Shown here: piece by piece, positions 35,139 through 46,735 of the stretch
Layout of the letters: every line of letters starts with the position of its first letter
Position numbering within the stretch: the stretch's first letter is position 1
Source of the DNA: Synechococcus sp.
Lineage (GTDB): Bacteria > Cyanobacteriota > Cyanobacteriia > PCC-6307 > Cyanobiaceae
Reading direction: 5' to 3'
Length of the DNA stretch: 64,000 nt
NCBI GenBank assembly: GCA_047285805.1
Contig: JBJBCN010000003.1
Location: 911,745-975,744, forward strand
The notes under the pieces: generated by a model
Seen by the model: only the letters and a program-made list of their open reading frames with translations
What the model was told of the DNA's origin: nothing
Database searches by the model: none
Made by a program: the position numbers and the translations under genes

Positions 35139-36181
35139 CCCGTCCTGGGGAGCCCCTGCCCACCTTGATGGTGGTGCCCACGGGCATCGGCTGTGAGGTG
35201 GGCGGCTACGCAGGTGATGCGGTACCCGCGGCTCGACTGTTGGCGGCCGCAAGTGGCTGTCTGATCACCCACCCCAATGTGATGAATGGGGCCTCGCTCT
35301 ATTGGAGTGACCCGCGCATTCACTACGTCGAGGGATCGAGCCTCGATCGTTTTGCGGCTGGAGAGCTGGCTCTCGAACCGGTGCGATCCCAGCGCATTGG
35401 TCTGCTGCTCGATGCCGGCCTCCAGGAGGACTTGTGCCTCCGCCACCTGCAGGTCGCCGACGGATGTCGGGCCAGCCTTGGCTTAACGCTTGGACCCGTT
35501 GAGACCACAGCCGCCCCAATCGGCGTGAGTCTCAGCCAAGGGGAGAGTGGCGCGAGCTGGGGACAACTTGAGCGCCCTGATGTCTTGCTCGCGGCTGGGG
35601 AGCGCCTGCGGGACGCCGGTGCCACGGCCATCGCCGTCGTTGCACGCTTCCCCGATGACCCCGATAGCGAGGCCCTGACGGCCTACCGCCAAGGGGGCGG
35701 CGTCGATGCCTTGGCTGGCGCGGAGGCCGTGATCAGCCACTGGCTCAGCCGGCAACTGAACCTGCCCTGCGCCCATGCCCCAGCCCTGAGCCCCCTGGAG
35801 ATTGACCCCCAGTTGGACCCTCGGGCGGCTGGAGAAGAGCTCGGCTACACCTTTCTGCCCTGTGTCCTCGTGGGCTTGAGCCGGGCTCCGGCGCTCTGGC
35901 CCGCGGCCGGGGCCCCCGCGGGATCGATTCTCCCCGATCAAATTGGTGCCGTGGTGGCCCCGGCCGGTGCCCTGGGGGGTGCGGCGGTGTTGGCCTGCGC
36001 GGAGCGCGGTGTTCCGGTGATTGCCGTTGAGAACCCTTGCGTCCTTTCGGTCACGGCCGAGGCCTTGGGGATCGAGGTGCTCCCGGCGTCCAGCTACAGC
36101 GAAGCGGCGGGTTTGCTGCTGGCCCTGCGGGAGGGGATGAACCCTGATTCCCTGCAGCGTCCCTTGGGGCGGCTCGGCTGA
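35135..36181 (+). CDS. DUF3326 family protein
   Basis: VPTGIGCEVGGYAGDA, THPNVMNG, GAEAVISH. Confidence 0.88.
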   Translation: MTRPGEPLPTLMVVPTGIGCEVGGYAGDAVPAARLLAAASGCLITHPNVMNGASLYWSDPRIHYVEGSSLDRFAAGELALEPVRSQRIGLLLDAGLQEDLCLRHLQVADGCRASLGLTLGPVETTAAPIGVSLSQGESGASWGQLERPDVLLAAGERLRDAGATAIAVVARFPDDPDSEALTAYRQGGGVDALAGAEAVISHWLSRQLNLPCAHAPALSPLEIDPQLDPRAAGEELGYTFLPCVLVGLSRAPALWPAAGAPAGSILPDQIGAVVAPAGALGGAAVLACAERGVPVIAVENPCVLSVTAEALGIEVLPASSYSEAAGLLLALREGMNPDSLQRPLGRLG

Positions 36182-36594
36182 TGGCTGGCTTTGGCACGTC
36201 CGCTCAGCCCTGTCCCTGCGGGGGGGAGCGTTACGCCAACTGTTGTAAGCCATTCCACCTGGGTACAGCACGTCCTGAGACCGCTGAGCAGTTGATGCGT
36301 TCGCGCTACAGCGCCTTCAGCCGGAACCTGATCGACTACTTGATCGAGACCCACCCCTCCTCAGAACCCATGGCCGAGCGTCGCCAAGCCCTGAAGGTGA
36401 GCAACCGCGGCGTCCGCTGGACTCGGCTGCGGATCAGCGCCACTGAGGCTGGGGGGCCGGCCGACCTGAGCGGCATGGTGACCTTTGAGGCCCACTACCG
36501 CCAAGCCGGCCAGATGCACGTCCTGAGGGAGTGCTCCCGTTTTGGCCGCGAGGGTGAGGTGGCAGGCGGTCGTTGGCTCTATCTGGCGGCTTAG
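36181..36594 (+). CDS. YchJ / SEC-C motif protein
   Basis: CPCG...CC..H, LMRSRYSAF, V.F.A.Y, W.Y. Confidence 0.88.
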   Translation: MAGFGTSAQPCPCGGERYANCCKPFHLGTARPETAEQLMRSRYSAFSRNLIDYLIETHPSSEPMAERRQALKVSNRGVRWTRLRISATEAGGPADLSGMVTFEAHYRQAGQMHVLRECSRFGREGEVAGGRWLYLAA

Positions 36595-36596
36595 GG

Positions 36597-37730
36597 CTAG
36601 TTCAAGCAGGCCATCGGGTGACGGTTGCCCACTCCCAGGGCTTTGGCGACGCCGGGATGGCAGACGGAGCCACCGACGGTGTTCAGGCCGGAGACCAGTT
36701 CGGGCCGGTCGGTGACTGCTTCGATCAGCCCCCGTCCGGCGATCGCCAGGATGTAGGGCAGGGTGACACTGACCAGGGCTTCGGTGGAGGTGTAAGGCAC
36801 GGCGCCAGGCATGTTGCCAACGGCGTAGTGCTGCACGCCGTGGATCGTCATCACCGGATCGGTGTGGGTCGTCTCCCGGCTGGTGGCGATGCAGCCCCCC
36901 TGGTCGATGGCGACATCGACGATCACGGAACCGGGCTGCATCTGTTTGACGAGGTCCTCGCTCACCAGGGTGGGGGCTCGATCACCTGGACGCAGCACCG
37001 CGCCGATAACGAGGTCGGCGCTGGGAATCAGCCGCTCCAGGCGGCCGACGCTGCTGACCAGACTCACCATTCGCCCCTGTCGCGCTGGCTCCAATTGCCG
37101 TAGCCGCTCGGGGGAGAGATCTAGGAGCAGAACTTCTGCGTCCATCGCTGCGGAGACCCTGGCTGCATTCCAGCCGACGCTGCCGGCCCCCAGGACCACC
37201 ACCCGGGCGGGGCGAACGCCGGTGCAGCCGCCCATGAGTACGCCGCGCCCGCCGTGCGGTTTCTCCAGCAGGTGCGCTCCCACCTGGGCTGCGAGCCGGC
37301 CGGCGATCTCGCTCATCGGCGCCAGCAGGGGCAGGCTGCCGTCGGAGAGCTGGACCGTCTCGTATGCAATGGCGGTGGTGCCGGCCTCGATCAGGGCTTG
37401 GCCGACAGCGGGGTAGGCGGCGAGGTGCAGGTAGGTGAAGAGCACCTGATCGGCTCGGAGGAAGGGGAATTCCTCCACCTGGGGCTCCTTGACCTTGACC
37501 ACGAGGTGGGCACCCCAGGCCTCCTCGCGGCTGACCAGTTCGGCCCCGGCGGCCAGGTAGGCCGCGTCCTCGATACCGGCGCCTGCTCCGGCGTTCTGCT
37601 CCACCCGAACCGAGAGGCCATGGCTCACCAGCTCGCGCACGGCGTCTGGCGTCAGGGCTACCCGCTGCTCATCGGGTTTGACTTCCCGTGGCACCCCGAT
37701 GCTGGATATCGGTGCGATGGAGCCGGCCAT
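36597..37730 (-). CDS. ald: Alanine dehydrogenase
   Basis: IGVPREVK..EQRVALTP, FTYLHLA, DVAIDQGG, NMPGAVP; ATG 37730. Confidence 0.95.
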   Translation of the reverse strand: MAGSIAPISSIGVPREVKPDEQRVALTPDAVRELVSHGLSVRVEQNAGAGAGIEDAAYLAAGAELVSREEAWGAHLVVKVKEPQVEEFPFLRADQVLFTYLHLAAYPAVGQALIEAGTTAIAYETVQLSDGSLPLLAPMSEIAGRLAAQVGAHLLEKPHGGRGVLMGGCTGVRPARVVVLGAGSVGWNAARVSAAMDAEVLLLDLSPERLRQLEPARQGRMVSLVSSVGRLERLIPSADLVIGAVLRPGDRAPTLVSEDLVKQMQPGSVIVDVAIDQGGCIATSRETTHTDPVMTIHGVQHYAVGNMPGAVPYTSTEALVSVTLPYILAIAGRGLIEAVTDRPELVSGLNTVGGSVCHPGVAKALGVGNRHPMACLN

Positions 37731-37777
37731 GGCAGACCTTCGATCTCCTCCACCATGGCGGTGGTCGTCGCCTCTGG

Positions 37778-39463
37778 CTACTGGCCGGCCGCCGCGATGG
37801 GCATCCGCCAACCGCTCCCGAAGGCCCGCGGGCTGAGCTTGAGCACCGGCGGCGCCTGGCGCCGCTTGAACTCGGCTCGACGCAGCAGACCCATCACCCG
37901 CTCGGCGAGAGCAGGATCCGTGCCCTGTTGGCTCAACTCTTCGGGGCTTTTGTGCTCTTCGAGTAGGACCTTGAGCAGTGGATCGAGAACGGCGTAATCC
38001 GGTAGAGAATCGCTGTCCTTTTGATCGGGGCGCAACTCAGCGCTGGGGGTTTTTGCGCGAATCGCCGCTCCGATCAATTCTCCTTTTGCCGGTAGTCCCA
38101 GCTCCTGGCGCACCGCTTGTGCGGCCTCCGAGTCGATCCAGTCGCAGAGATGAAACACGGTGGATTTGTAGAGGTCGCCGATCACTGCGAGCCCCCCATT
38201 CATGTCGCCATAGAGGGTGCAGTAGCCCACGGCTAGTTCGCTCTTGTTGCCCGTGGTCAGCAGCAGTTGCCCCTGTTGGTTGGCCACCGCCATCAGCAAC
38301 GTGCCGCGGATGCGGGATTGCAGGTTTTCCGCCGTCACGCCCGCCGGCGTTCCCCCCAAGGGAGCGCTCAAGGCGGTATCAAACCCCCCCATCAAGCCCT
38401 CGATTGGCACGGTTTGGGTGTGGATGCCCAGCCGTTTGGCGAGGTCCAGGGAGTCGTTGATCGACCCCTCGGAATTCCAGGGGGAGGGCATCAGCAGCGC
38501 TTGCACCTGCTCGGCGCCGAGAGCCGCCGCCGCAAGCACCGACACCAGGGCGGAATCGATGCCGCCGCTAAGGCCCAGTAGCGCTTTGCCGAAGCCGCAC
38601 TTGCGCGCGTAATCACGCACCCCCAGCACCAGGGCCCGCAGAAGCAGTTCCTCATCAGAGGGGATGGCGGCCGCATCGGCGGTCGCGCCGGGTTGCCAGC
38701 AGGCCAGATCCGCTGCGCCGAAGGCCAGCTGCGCACCCACGGCTCCGTTAGCGGTGCTGACGAAGCTTCCGCCATCGAAGATCAGCTCGTCATTGCCTCC
38801 CACCTGGTTGACGTAGATCACCGGAGCGCTCAAACGCTGGGCCGCACTCTTCGCGAGCTCCCGCCGTAGTTGCGGTTTGCCCTGGCCGAAGGGGGAGGCC
38901 GAGAGATTGATCAGCAGGTCTGGGGCCATGGCCGCCAAGTCCCCGACGGGATCTCCACCGAGCAGCCGTTGGCTGTGCAGTTGCTCCTCGACCCAGAGGT
39001 CCTCGCAAATCGTCAGGCCCAGGCGCCAGCTGCGGCCGTTCCGCTCGAGCTCCAGCAGGCAGGGCTCTTCGGCCGGGCGGAAGTAGCGCCGTTCATCGAA
39101 GACGTCGTAGCTGGGAAGCAGGCGTTTGCGCGCCACGATCCACCAGCTGCCCTTTTCCACCAGGGCCACGCTGTTGAACAGATCCGGTTGCTGGCCATCG
39201 CGAACCGTTTCGCTGACCCCCAGCAGCAGTGCCTGCTCAGCCGGGAGATCGCGGGCGAGCGCATGCAGCACGTCGTCCTGCCGTTGCCGCAGGGACGGCC
39301 GCAGCAGCAGGTCCCGCGGGGGATAGCCCCAGAGCGCCAGTTCCGGCGCGACCACCAGATGGGCTCCGTCTGCTGCTGCGCGGCGGCAGGCCGCCAGCAG
39401 TTGGACGCCATTGCCTCTCAGGTCCCCCACCAAGGGATTGATCTGGGCCAGGGCGATGAGCAT
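37778..39463 (-). CDS. nadE: Glutamine-dependent NAD+ synthetase
   Basis: Nitrilase domain (PEL, ICED) plus SGGIDS, GNKSE, PSAEL. Confidence 0.96.
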   Translation of the reverse strand: MLIALAQINPLVGDLRGNGVQLLAACRRAAADGAHLVVAPELALWGYPPRDLLLRPSLRQRQDDVLHALARDLPAEQALLLGVSETVRDGQQPDLFNSVALVEKGSWWIVARKRLLPSYDVFDERRYFRPAEEPCLLELERNGRSWRLGLTICEDLWVEEQLHSQRLLGGDPVGDLAAMAPDLLINLSASPFGQGKPQLRRELAKSAAQRLSAPVIYVNQVGGNDELIFDGGSFVSTANGAVGAQLAFGAADLACWQPGATADAAAIPSDEELLLRALVLGVRDYARKCGFGKALLGLSGGIDSALVSVLAAAALGAEQVQALLMPSPWNSEGSINDSLDLAKRLGIHTQTVPIEGLMGGFDTALSAPLGGTPAGVTAENLQSRIRGTLLMAVANQQGQLLLTTGNKSELAVGYCTLYGDMNGGLAVIGDLYKSTVFHLCDWIDSEAAQAVRQELGLPAKGELIGAAIRAKTPSAELRPDQKDSDSLPDYAVLDPLLKVLLEEHKSPEELSQQGTDPALAERVMGLLRRAEFKRRQAPPVLKLSPRAFGSGWRMPIAAAGQ

Positions 39464-40047
39464 TAGGGAGCGATCTTTGCGGTGAGACCATAGAGATTGT
39501 GCTTGAGCAGTTCCGGCCAGAGCACCTTGGGAATAGACCGGCTGTCCTCTCCGCCGCGAATTGCGGAGCTGGCCGTGGCTGGGACAGGCAGCTCCAGCAG
39601 TTCAACCGCGGCTCCCAGCTCCCGGAGCCGCTTGAGCGCGCCATCCGCGATGGGGTGCCCCTGGCGCGGCACCACCGTCAAGCGGCAGCGTTGCAGTAGT
39701 GCTTGGGCCTGAAACCAGCTGGGGATTTGTCCGGCTAGATCGCCACCGACGACGAACACGAGCTCCCCATCGGGCCAGCGCTTGGCAGCGCGATCGAGGG
39801 TTTCAATCGCTTTGGGACTGCTGAGGTCCTGGGCGAGTTCGATCTGGGGGCTGCCCAGGCTGTCGATCAGCGTGCCCAGCAACTGGGCACGCAGCGGCAA
39901 GGGAGCCTCGTGCTGTTTGAAGGGGTTGTCGCTGGCCCAAGCCAACACGTGGCCGTAGCGCTGGGCGAGGCCAAGCAGCAGCGCCCGATGCCCTTCTGTC
40001 GGCGGGTCGGCACTAGTGCCGAACAGGGCTAGCTCGCCTCCGCTCAC
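39463..40047 (-). CDS. nadD: Nicotinate-nucleotide adenylyltransferase
   Basis: FGTSADPPTEGH, NPFK, SSAIR; GTG start inferred. Confidence 0.92.
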   Translation of the reverse strand: MSGGELALFGTSADPPTEGHRALLLGLAQRYGHVLAWASDNPFKQHEAPLPLRAQLLGTLIDSLGSPQIELAQDLSSPKAIETLDRAAKRWPDGELVFVVGGDLAGQIPSWFQAQALLQRCRLTVVPRQGHPIADGALKRLRELGAAVELLELPVPATASSAIRGGEDSRSIPKVLWPELLKHNLYGLTAKIAP

Positions 40048-41402
40048 GGCAGCAGGTTGCCGGACGGGATCGCGCCCCCACCCATGCGCTGCCACTGCTG
40101 CAGCCAGTCGCGCACCTGCGGTTCCTGGCCCGCTAAGCGCCGCAGCAGGGACGCGGGCCGAAAGCGGCCCCGTTGAGAGCTGCGCAACAGCTCCGCCGCC
40201 GCCAAACGTCCTGTGCGACGGGTGCTATAGACGGCAAGGGCGGCTTGGGCCATGGCCACCGGCGCGGCAGGGGCCAGGCTTAGCCCACCACTGAGGGGGG
40301 CCGCCAGGAGTAGCACCTGCCGTAGTCCCCCAAGCAGCAGTTGGATGCCCAATTGCGTCCCCCCCAGCAGGGCGTTCTGGGCGGAGAGCCGCGTCAACAG
40401 GGCCCGGGCCCCGCTGCTGCTCATCTCCAGGTCGTAGAGCTTGCAGAGCTGCAGCACTAGCGCGGTGTCGATCGCAAAGCCGCCGGCGAGATCCAGCAGC
40501 AGCAGCGGGTTAGCCGCCACTCCCGTGGCTTTCATCGCCGCATAGCGACCGATAAGTCCCTGGGCGGCGGCCTTGCCGCGCTTCAGGCGCCAGGCGTGCA
40601 GGCTTTGGCTGAAGCGATCGGCGGCCCTGAGCCCGTTGAGGCCCAGCAGCAGCGAGCCCTGGTCCTGGAGCAGCTCCAATAGGGCCGTGCGCAAGGGGTC
40701 GATGCGGGCCGGTTGCGGTTCGCTGCGCACCCGGCCCCCCTCCAGCAGGACCGCCCTCCGCGGGGCGGCGGCCACCGGCAGGATCTCAATATGCTGTGCC
40801 TGGAGGGGCAAGCGGGAGCGGATGCTCTTGATCAGGGCCGCCCGCTCACCGCTCGGCCAGTTGTCGATGCGATTCAGCACCAGCAGCACCGGTTTGCCGG
40901 CGCTGAGCAGCTGCTCGATCGCCTCGGCTTCCGGGGTGCTTAAGTCGCTGTCGAGTACGAGCAGGACCAGGTCCGCCCCAAGAGCGACCCGAGCCGCCAG
41001 GCGATGCCGGGCCCGGGCGGCGATCTCATCAATGCCTGGGGTGTCCACCAACTCGATCTGACTGAGCTCTGGCACCTGCACCCCCCAGGCTTCGCGCTGC
41101 TGGCGGCGGGTGCAGCCGTGGGCCACATCCGTGGCGAAGACCGGCTTCTCCAGCAGGGCGTTGAGCAGGCTGGACTTGCCCACGCCCACCCGGCCAAAGA
41201 CCGCCACCCGCAGCCGGCGCTCTTTAAGGGCCAACAACTGTTGATCCAGGGTCCGCAGTTCCGGCTCGAGCAGCGAACGCTCCCGGTCGCTCAGTCGCAG
41301 GTCTCCCCTCCACTGCGAGAGCAGAAGCGCGCAGCGTTCAGCGGTGGAGGGTTGAGGCAAGGTCACGGGCCTGTACGCCATGCATTGAAGCGGTTGTGCC
41401 AT
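40044..41402 (-). CDS. GTP-binding protein with DUF697-like domain; start uncertain
   Basis: GRVGVGKSS, DTPG, NRID. Confidence 0.85.
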   Translation of the reverse strand: MAQPLQCMAYRPVTLPQPSTAERCALLLSQWRGDLRLSDRERSLLEPELRTLDQQLLALKERRLRVAVFGRVGVGKSSLLNALLEKPVFATDVAHGCTRRQQREAWGVQVPELSQIELVDTPGIDEIAARARHRLAARVALGADLVLLVLDSDLSTPEAEAIEQLLSAGKPVLLVLNRIDNWPSGERAALIKSIRSRLPLQAQHIEILPVAAAPRRAVLLEGGRVRSEPQPARIDPLRTALLELLQDQGSLLLGLNGLRAADRFSQSLHAWRLKRGKAAAQGLIGRYAAMKATGVAANPLLLLDLAGGFAIDTALVLQLCKLYDLEMSSSGARALLTRLSAQNALLGGTQLGIQLLLGGLRQVLLLAAPLSGGLSLAPAAPVAMAQAALAVYSTRRTGRLAAAELLRSSQRGRFRPASLLRRLAGQEPQVRDWLQQWQRMGGGAIPSGNLLP

Positions 41403-41428
41403 CGTCGCGCTCAGCACCGCTCGCTTCC

Positions 41429-42751
41429 ATGTCGCTCGCCCCGGACGTTTTTGCCCAGCGCCGTGCTCGCTTCTTTGAGGCCCTCGGTGGTGCCGCCGCG
41501 GTGATTCCCGCCGCTCCGCTGGTGACCCACCATGCCGACTGCGAGTGGCCGTTTCGCCAGAACAGTGACTTCTGGTATCTGACGGGCTTCGATGAGCCCG
41601 ACGCCGTCGCCCTGTTTCTGCCCCACCGGCTCGAGGGGGAGCGATTTGTTCTGTTTGTCCAGCCCAAGGAACCCAGCGCCGAGGTCTGGATGGGATTCCG
41701 CTGGGGCTGTGAAGGTGCCGTGGAGCGCTTTGGCGCTGACCTGGCCCACCCCCGGGAGGAGCTGGCCGAAAGGCTCGCGGACTACTTGCGCGGTGCCGAG
41801 GGCATTGCCTTCCGGGTGGGCAAGCACCCCCAGGTCGAACCACACGTGTTGCAGTCCTGGGCCGGCCAGCTCGATCGCGCGCCCCGCAGCGGTGCGGCGG
41901 CCCTGGGCCTGGTGGCGCCCTGCCCGCTGCTGCATGCACTGCGGCTACGCAAGAGCCCTGAGGAGATCATGCGCATGCGCGAAGCGGCGCGCATTTCCGC
42001 CGAGGCCCATGAACTGGCCCGTCAGGTGGCTCGCCCGGGGCTGAATGAGCGCCAGGTGCAAGGGGTGATCGAGCAGCACTTTCTTGAGCAGGGGGCACGA
42101 GGTCCGGCTTATGGCTCGATCGTCGCCAGCGGGGACAACGCCTGCGTTCTGCACTACACGACGAACAACGCAGTGCTCAACGACGGTGACCTGCTCTTGA
42201 TCGACGCCGGTTGCTCCCTGAACGACTACTACAACGGAGACATCACCCGTACCTTCCCGGTCAACGGTCGCTTCAGCCCTGAGCAGCGTGCCCTCTACGA
42301 GCTTGTGTTGGCCGCCCAAGAGTCCGCCGTGGCCGTCGTGGCTCCGGGGCAGACTGCTGAAGCGGTCCACGACACAGCCGTTCGGGTGCTCGTGGAGGGT
42401 TTGGTGGACCTGGGCCTGCTCCGCGGTGAGGTGGACGGGATCATCGAGCAGGGGGCCTACCGCCATCTCTACATGCATCGCACCGGCCATTGGCTGGGCC
42501 TCGATGTCCATGACGTCGGCGCCTATCGCCTGGGTGAACACCATGTGGGCCTCGAGCCCGGGATGGTCCTGACCGTTGAGCCGGGTCTATATGTCAGCGA
42601 CCGGCTGCCGGTCCCCGAAGGCCAGCCGGAGATCGAAGAGCGCTGGAAGGGCATCGGCATCCGGATTGAAGATGATGTCGCCGTAACCGAGCACGGCCAC
42701 GAGAACCTAACGGCGGCCGCCCTCAAGGCTCCAGCGGCGCTGGAGCGCTAG
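41429..42751 (+). CDS. pepP: Xaa-Pro aminopeptidase
   Basis: FRQNSDFWYLTG, DITRT, GHWLGLDVHD, TVEPG, GIRIEDD. Confidence 0.95.
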   Translation: MSLAPDVFAQRRARFFEALGGAAAVIPAAPLVTHHADCEWPFRQNSDFWYLTGFDEPDAVALFLPHRLEGERFVLFVQPKEPSAEVWMGFRWGCEGAVERFGADLAHPREELAERLADYLRGAEGIAFRVGKHPQVEPHVLQSWAGQLDRAPRSGAAALGLVAPCPLLHALRLRKSPEEIMRMREAARISAEAHELARQVARPGLNERQVQGVIEQHFLEQGARGPAYGSIVASGDNACVLHYTTNNAVLNDGDLLLIDAGCSLNDYYNGDITRTFPVNGRFSPEQRALYELVLAAQESAVAVVAPGQTAEAVHDTAVRVLVEGLVDLGLLRGEVDGIIEQGAYRHLYMHRTGHWLGLDVHDVGAYRLGEHHVGLEPGMVLTVEPGLYVSDRLPVPEGQPEIEERWKGIGIRIEDDVAVTEHGHENLTAAALKAPAALER

Positions 42752-43500
42752 GCGATCGCCTGCTCCAAAGCCGCCAACACCGCTTTGGTGCCGGGAATGA
42801 CCGCGTCCGCCCCGGCTTCGCGCAACTGGTCCTCATAGGCCGCGAGCCTGGGGCTGCTGTGAAGGTGTGGCGGAGCCACCGCCAGGCTGATGAAGCGCTG
42901 ATCCGGTTTAGCTTGGCGCGCCTGCACCACGGTGGTGACATCGGCCACGGTGTCACCGAGATAGGCCACAGGCACCGACGGGGGAGCCAGGGCACTGGCG
43001 AGTTGCAGGAATCCGCTGGGATCGGGTTTGTCGGGGGCATCCCCCATGGCAATCAGGGGCGGCCTTTCAAGCCCCAGGCGGGTGTGGAGCACGAACCGTG
43101 CCGATGGCCGTTCAGCGCCGCTGACAAAGCCCCAAACCACATTGGCCGCCGAGAGCGCGGCAAACAAGGCCGCGTCCACCAGCAGGGGTTCATTGCGGAT
43201 GAAGCCGCTCCAGTCCGCGGGATCACCCTCTGGATCCCCACCGAAATAAAAGCCGTTGAAAACCTCCACCAGCGCCTCAAAGGCCGGGAGGTCCTGCTGA
43301 CCCTGCCGGCGCAGCAACTCCAGGGAGGCCACCCAGTCATTGTTCCAGCAGCCCTCGGCCTTCAGGGCATCAATGCTCTCGGGGCTGGGGCGCTGGCCGC
43401 TGTAGTGATGCACTGTCTCCACGATCGCTTTGCGGTAACTGCCCCCCACATCGCGGATCACGCCATCGATATCGAACAGGAGAACAGCGCGCGGGCTCAG
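42748..43500 (-). CDS. HAD-superfamily hydrolase (TIGR01548-like); probable CTG start
   Basis: In-frame LSPRAVLLFDIDGV lies upstream of the track start; KPDP and GDTVAD motifs. Confidence 0.85.
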   Translation of the reverse strand: MSPRAVLLFDIDGVIRDVGGSYRKAIVETVHHYSGQRPSPESIDALKAEGCWNNDWVASLELLRRQGQQDLPAFEALVEVFNGFYFGGDPEGDPADWSGFIRNEPLLVDAALFAALSAANVVWGFVSGAERPSARFVLHTRLGLERPPLIAMGDAPDKPDPSGFLQLASALAPPSVPVAYLGDTVADVTTVVQARQAKPDQRFISLAVAPPHLHSSPRLAAYEDQLREAGADAVIPGTKAVLAALEQAIA

Positions 43501-43544
43501 GGGACTGGAGAACAGCGGCTGGTAGATTAGTTGTTTGTCATTAA

Positions 43545-44054
<510 letters not shown>

Positions 44055-44076
44055 TTCGCGGCTACCTCCTTACTCC

Positions 44077-44102
44077 AGCCCCCGCAGAGCGGGGGTTTTT
44101 TT
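44077..44102 (+). terminator. Terminator after PSRP-3
   Basis: agcccccgc-aga-gcggggg followed by a T tract. Confidence 0.85.
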
Positions 44103-44439
44103 GTGCTTGCTAAGCGGCGCTGGCTCACCAACTGACCAAAGCTGCTGGCGGTGATCAGGCCTGGGCAGTGCTATCGAGATAGACGAAGGTGACGCCCCCC
44201 TGCAGGGTGATCTCCATCAGTCCCCCGGGTAGAGATGCTCAGTTCCGCAGCGCACGGCCTATATCTGTCCCTCGACGGCAAGTGGGTGTTCATCGGGCTT
44301 GGGCTTCGAGTGCTTTGCGGATGCTGTTGCGGTGGGCCAGGGCGCCGAGTTCCGGGGCTAGAAGATCAGGGGAAGGGCAGCAACAAAGGGCCCCCAAGGC
44401 AGAGCAACAGCCACAGCTTCTCAATCCACATCGATTTGG

Positions 44440-44485
44440 TCGGTTTGACCCAGGGGGGCATCAGAGCCCCCCTGGGTCAAACCGA
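44440..44485. repeat. Perfect 20-bp inverted repeat with 6-nt loop
   Basis: tcggtttgacccaggggggc-atcaga-gcccccctgggtcaaaccga. Confidence 0.95.
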
Positions 44486-44529
44486 GAGTTGTGCCGAGGC
44501 CTATGGCTTGGAACTTGTGGGCTGAGCAT

Positions 44530-44554
44530 AAAAAAGCGCCCCCGCAGGAGCGCT
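44530..44554 (-). terminator. Terminator after the epsilon gene
   Basis: Minus strand agcgctcc-tgcg-ggggcgct followed by a T tract. Confidence 0.7.
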
Positions 44555-44577
44555 GAAGCGATCAATCGAGCCTGGGC

Positions 44578-44988
44578 TCAATTGTTGAGGGCTGCGGCCT
44601 GCACCCGGGCGCGGGCGCGTGAGAGGGCCTGTTGGGCCTTCAACTTGTCGGTGCTGGCGCCTTGACCTTCGAACTGGTTAGCGGCCGCGGTGGCTGCTTC
44701 CAGTTCTTTGCTTGCTTCATCAGCATTGATGGAGCTGCCGAGTTCAGCGGTGTTCACCAGGACGGTGACTTCATCCGCTTCGATCTCAGCAAAACCACCC
44801 TGGAGGGCAATGGCTTTCCAGTCGTTGTTCTCGCGAACCCGCAGCACCCCGTAGTCGAGGGCGGTGAGCAGGGAGACGTGACCGGGAAGGATACCCAGTT
44901 GGCCCGTGGTGGAAGGAAGAATGACTTCGTCGGCGGGGCCGTCGAAGACGCTCTGGTCTGGGGCTAGAACTCGGAGGGTAAGAGACAT
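44578..44988 (-). CDS. atpC: F1 subunit epsilon
   Basis: LPSTTGQLGILPGH, GGFAE. Confidence 0.97.
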   Translation of the reverse strand: MSLTLRVLAPDQSVFDGPADEVILPSTTGQLGILPGHVSLLTALDYGVLRVRENNDWKAIALQGGFAEIEADEVTVLVNTAELGSSINADEASKELEAATAAANQFEGQGASTDKLKAQQALSRARARVQAAALNN

Positions 44989-45004
44989 CAGCTAACGCTC
45001 CGGA

Positions 45005-46465
<1,461 letters not shown>

Positions 46466-46565
46466 TTAAAGGAGAAGTAGCAGGGCGCGCAGTGGGACCA
46501 ATCCCACTTGAAGCGGCGCAAACATACCACCGCGACCCGTCGTCCCGTCACCCCTCCCCGGCCCT

Positions 46566-46581
46566 GTTCGGTCAACCGCCC
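46566..46581 (+). promoter_or_regulatory. K-box-like element of the groESL promoter
   Basis: GTTCGG-TCAA-CCGCCC versus consensus GTTCGG-NNAN-CCNNAC. Confidence 0.6.
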
Positions 46582-46619
46582 CGCGAGGTGGTTGTGAACG
46601 AGGGAAGCGCGCCCATAAC

Positions 46620-46645
46620 TTGGCAGTTAGGGGATGCGAGTGCTA
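46620..46645 (+). promoter_or_regulatory. Degenerate CIRCE (HrcA operator)
   Basis: TTGGCAGTT-N8-GAGTGCTAA; right arm is perfect. Confidence 0.7.
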
Positions 46646-46735
46646 ACTCGCGTTCCCAGGCGTGATTACGCCGCGACCCTGGCAGCGTCTCTGGCGCCAT
46701 GCCAATGGTTTCGCCAACCAATCCGAATTCCATCC

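Noticed and set aside
41403..41939. N-terminal extension of the 631-aa GTPase ORF
   Set aside because: Antisense to pepP; Arg/Pro-rich non-coding read-through
44235..44525. 96-aa plus-strand ORF with CGCCC
   Set aside because: No recognisable motif, and it runs through the 20-bp hairpin; not supported as a gene, though not excluded
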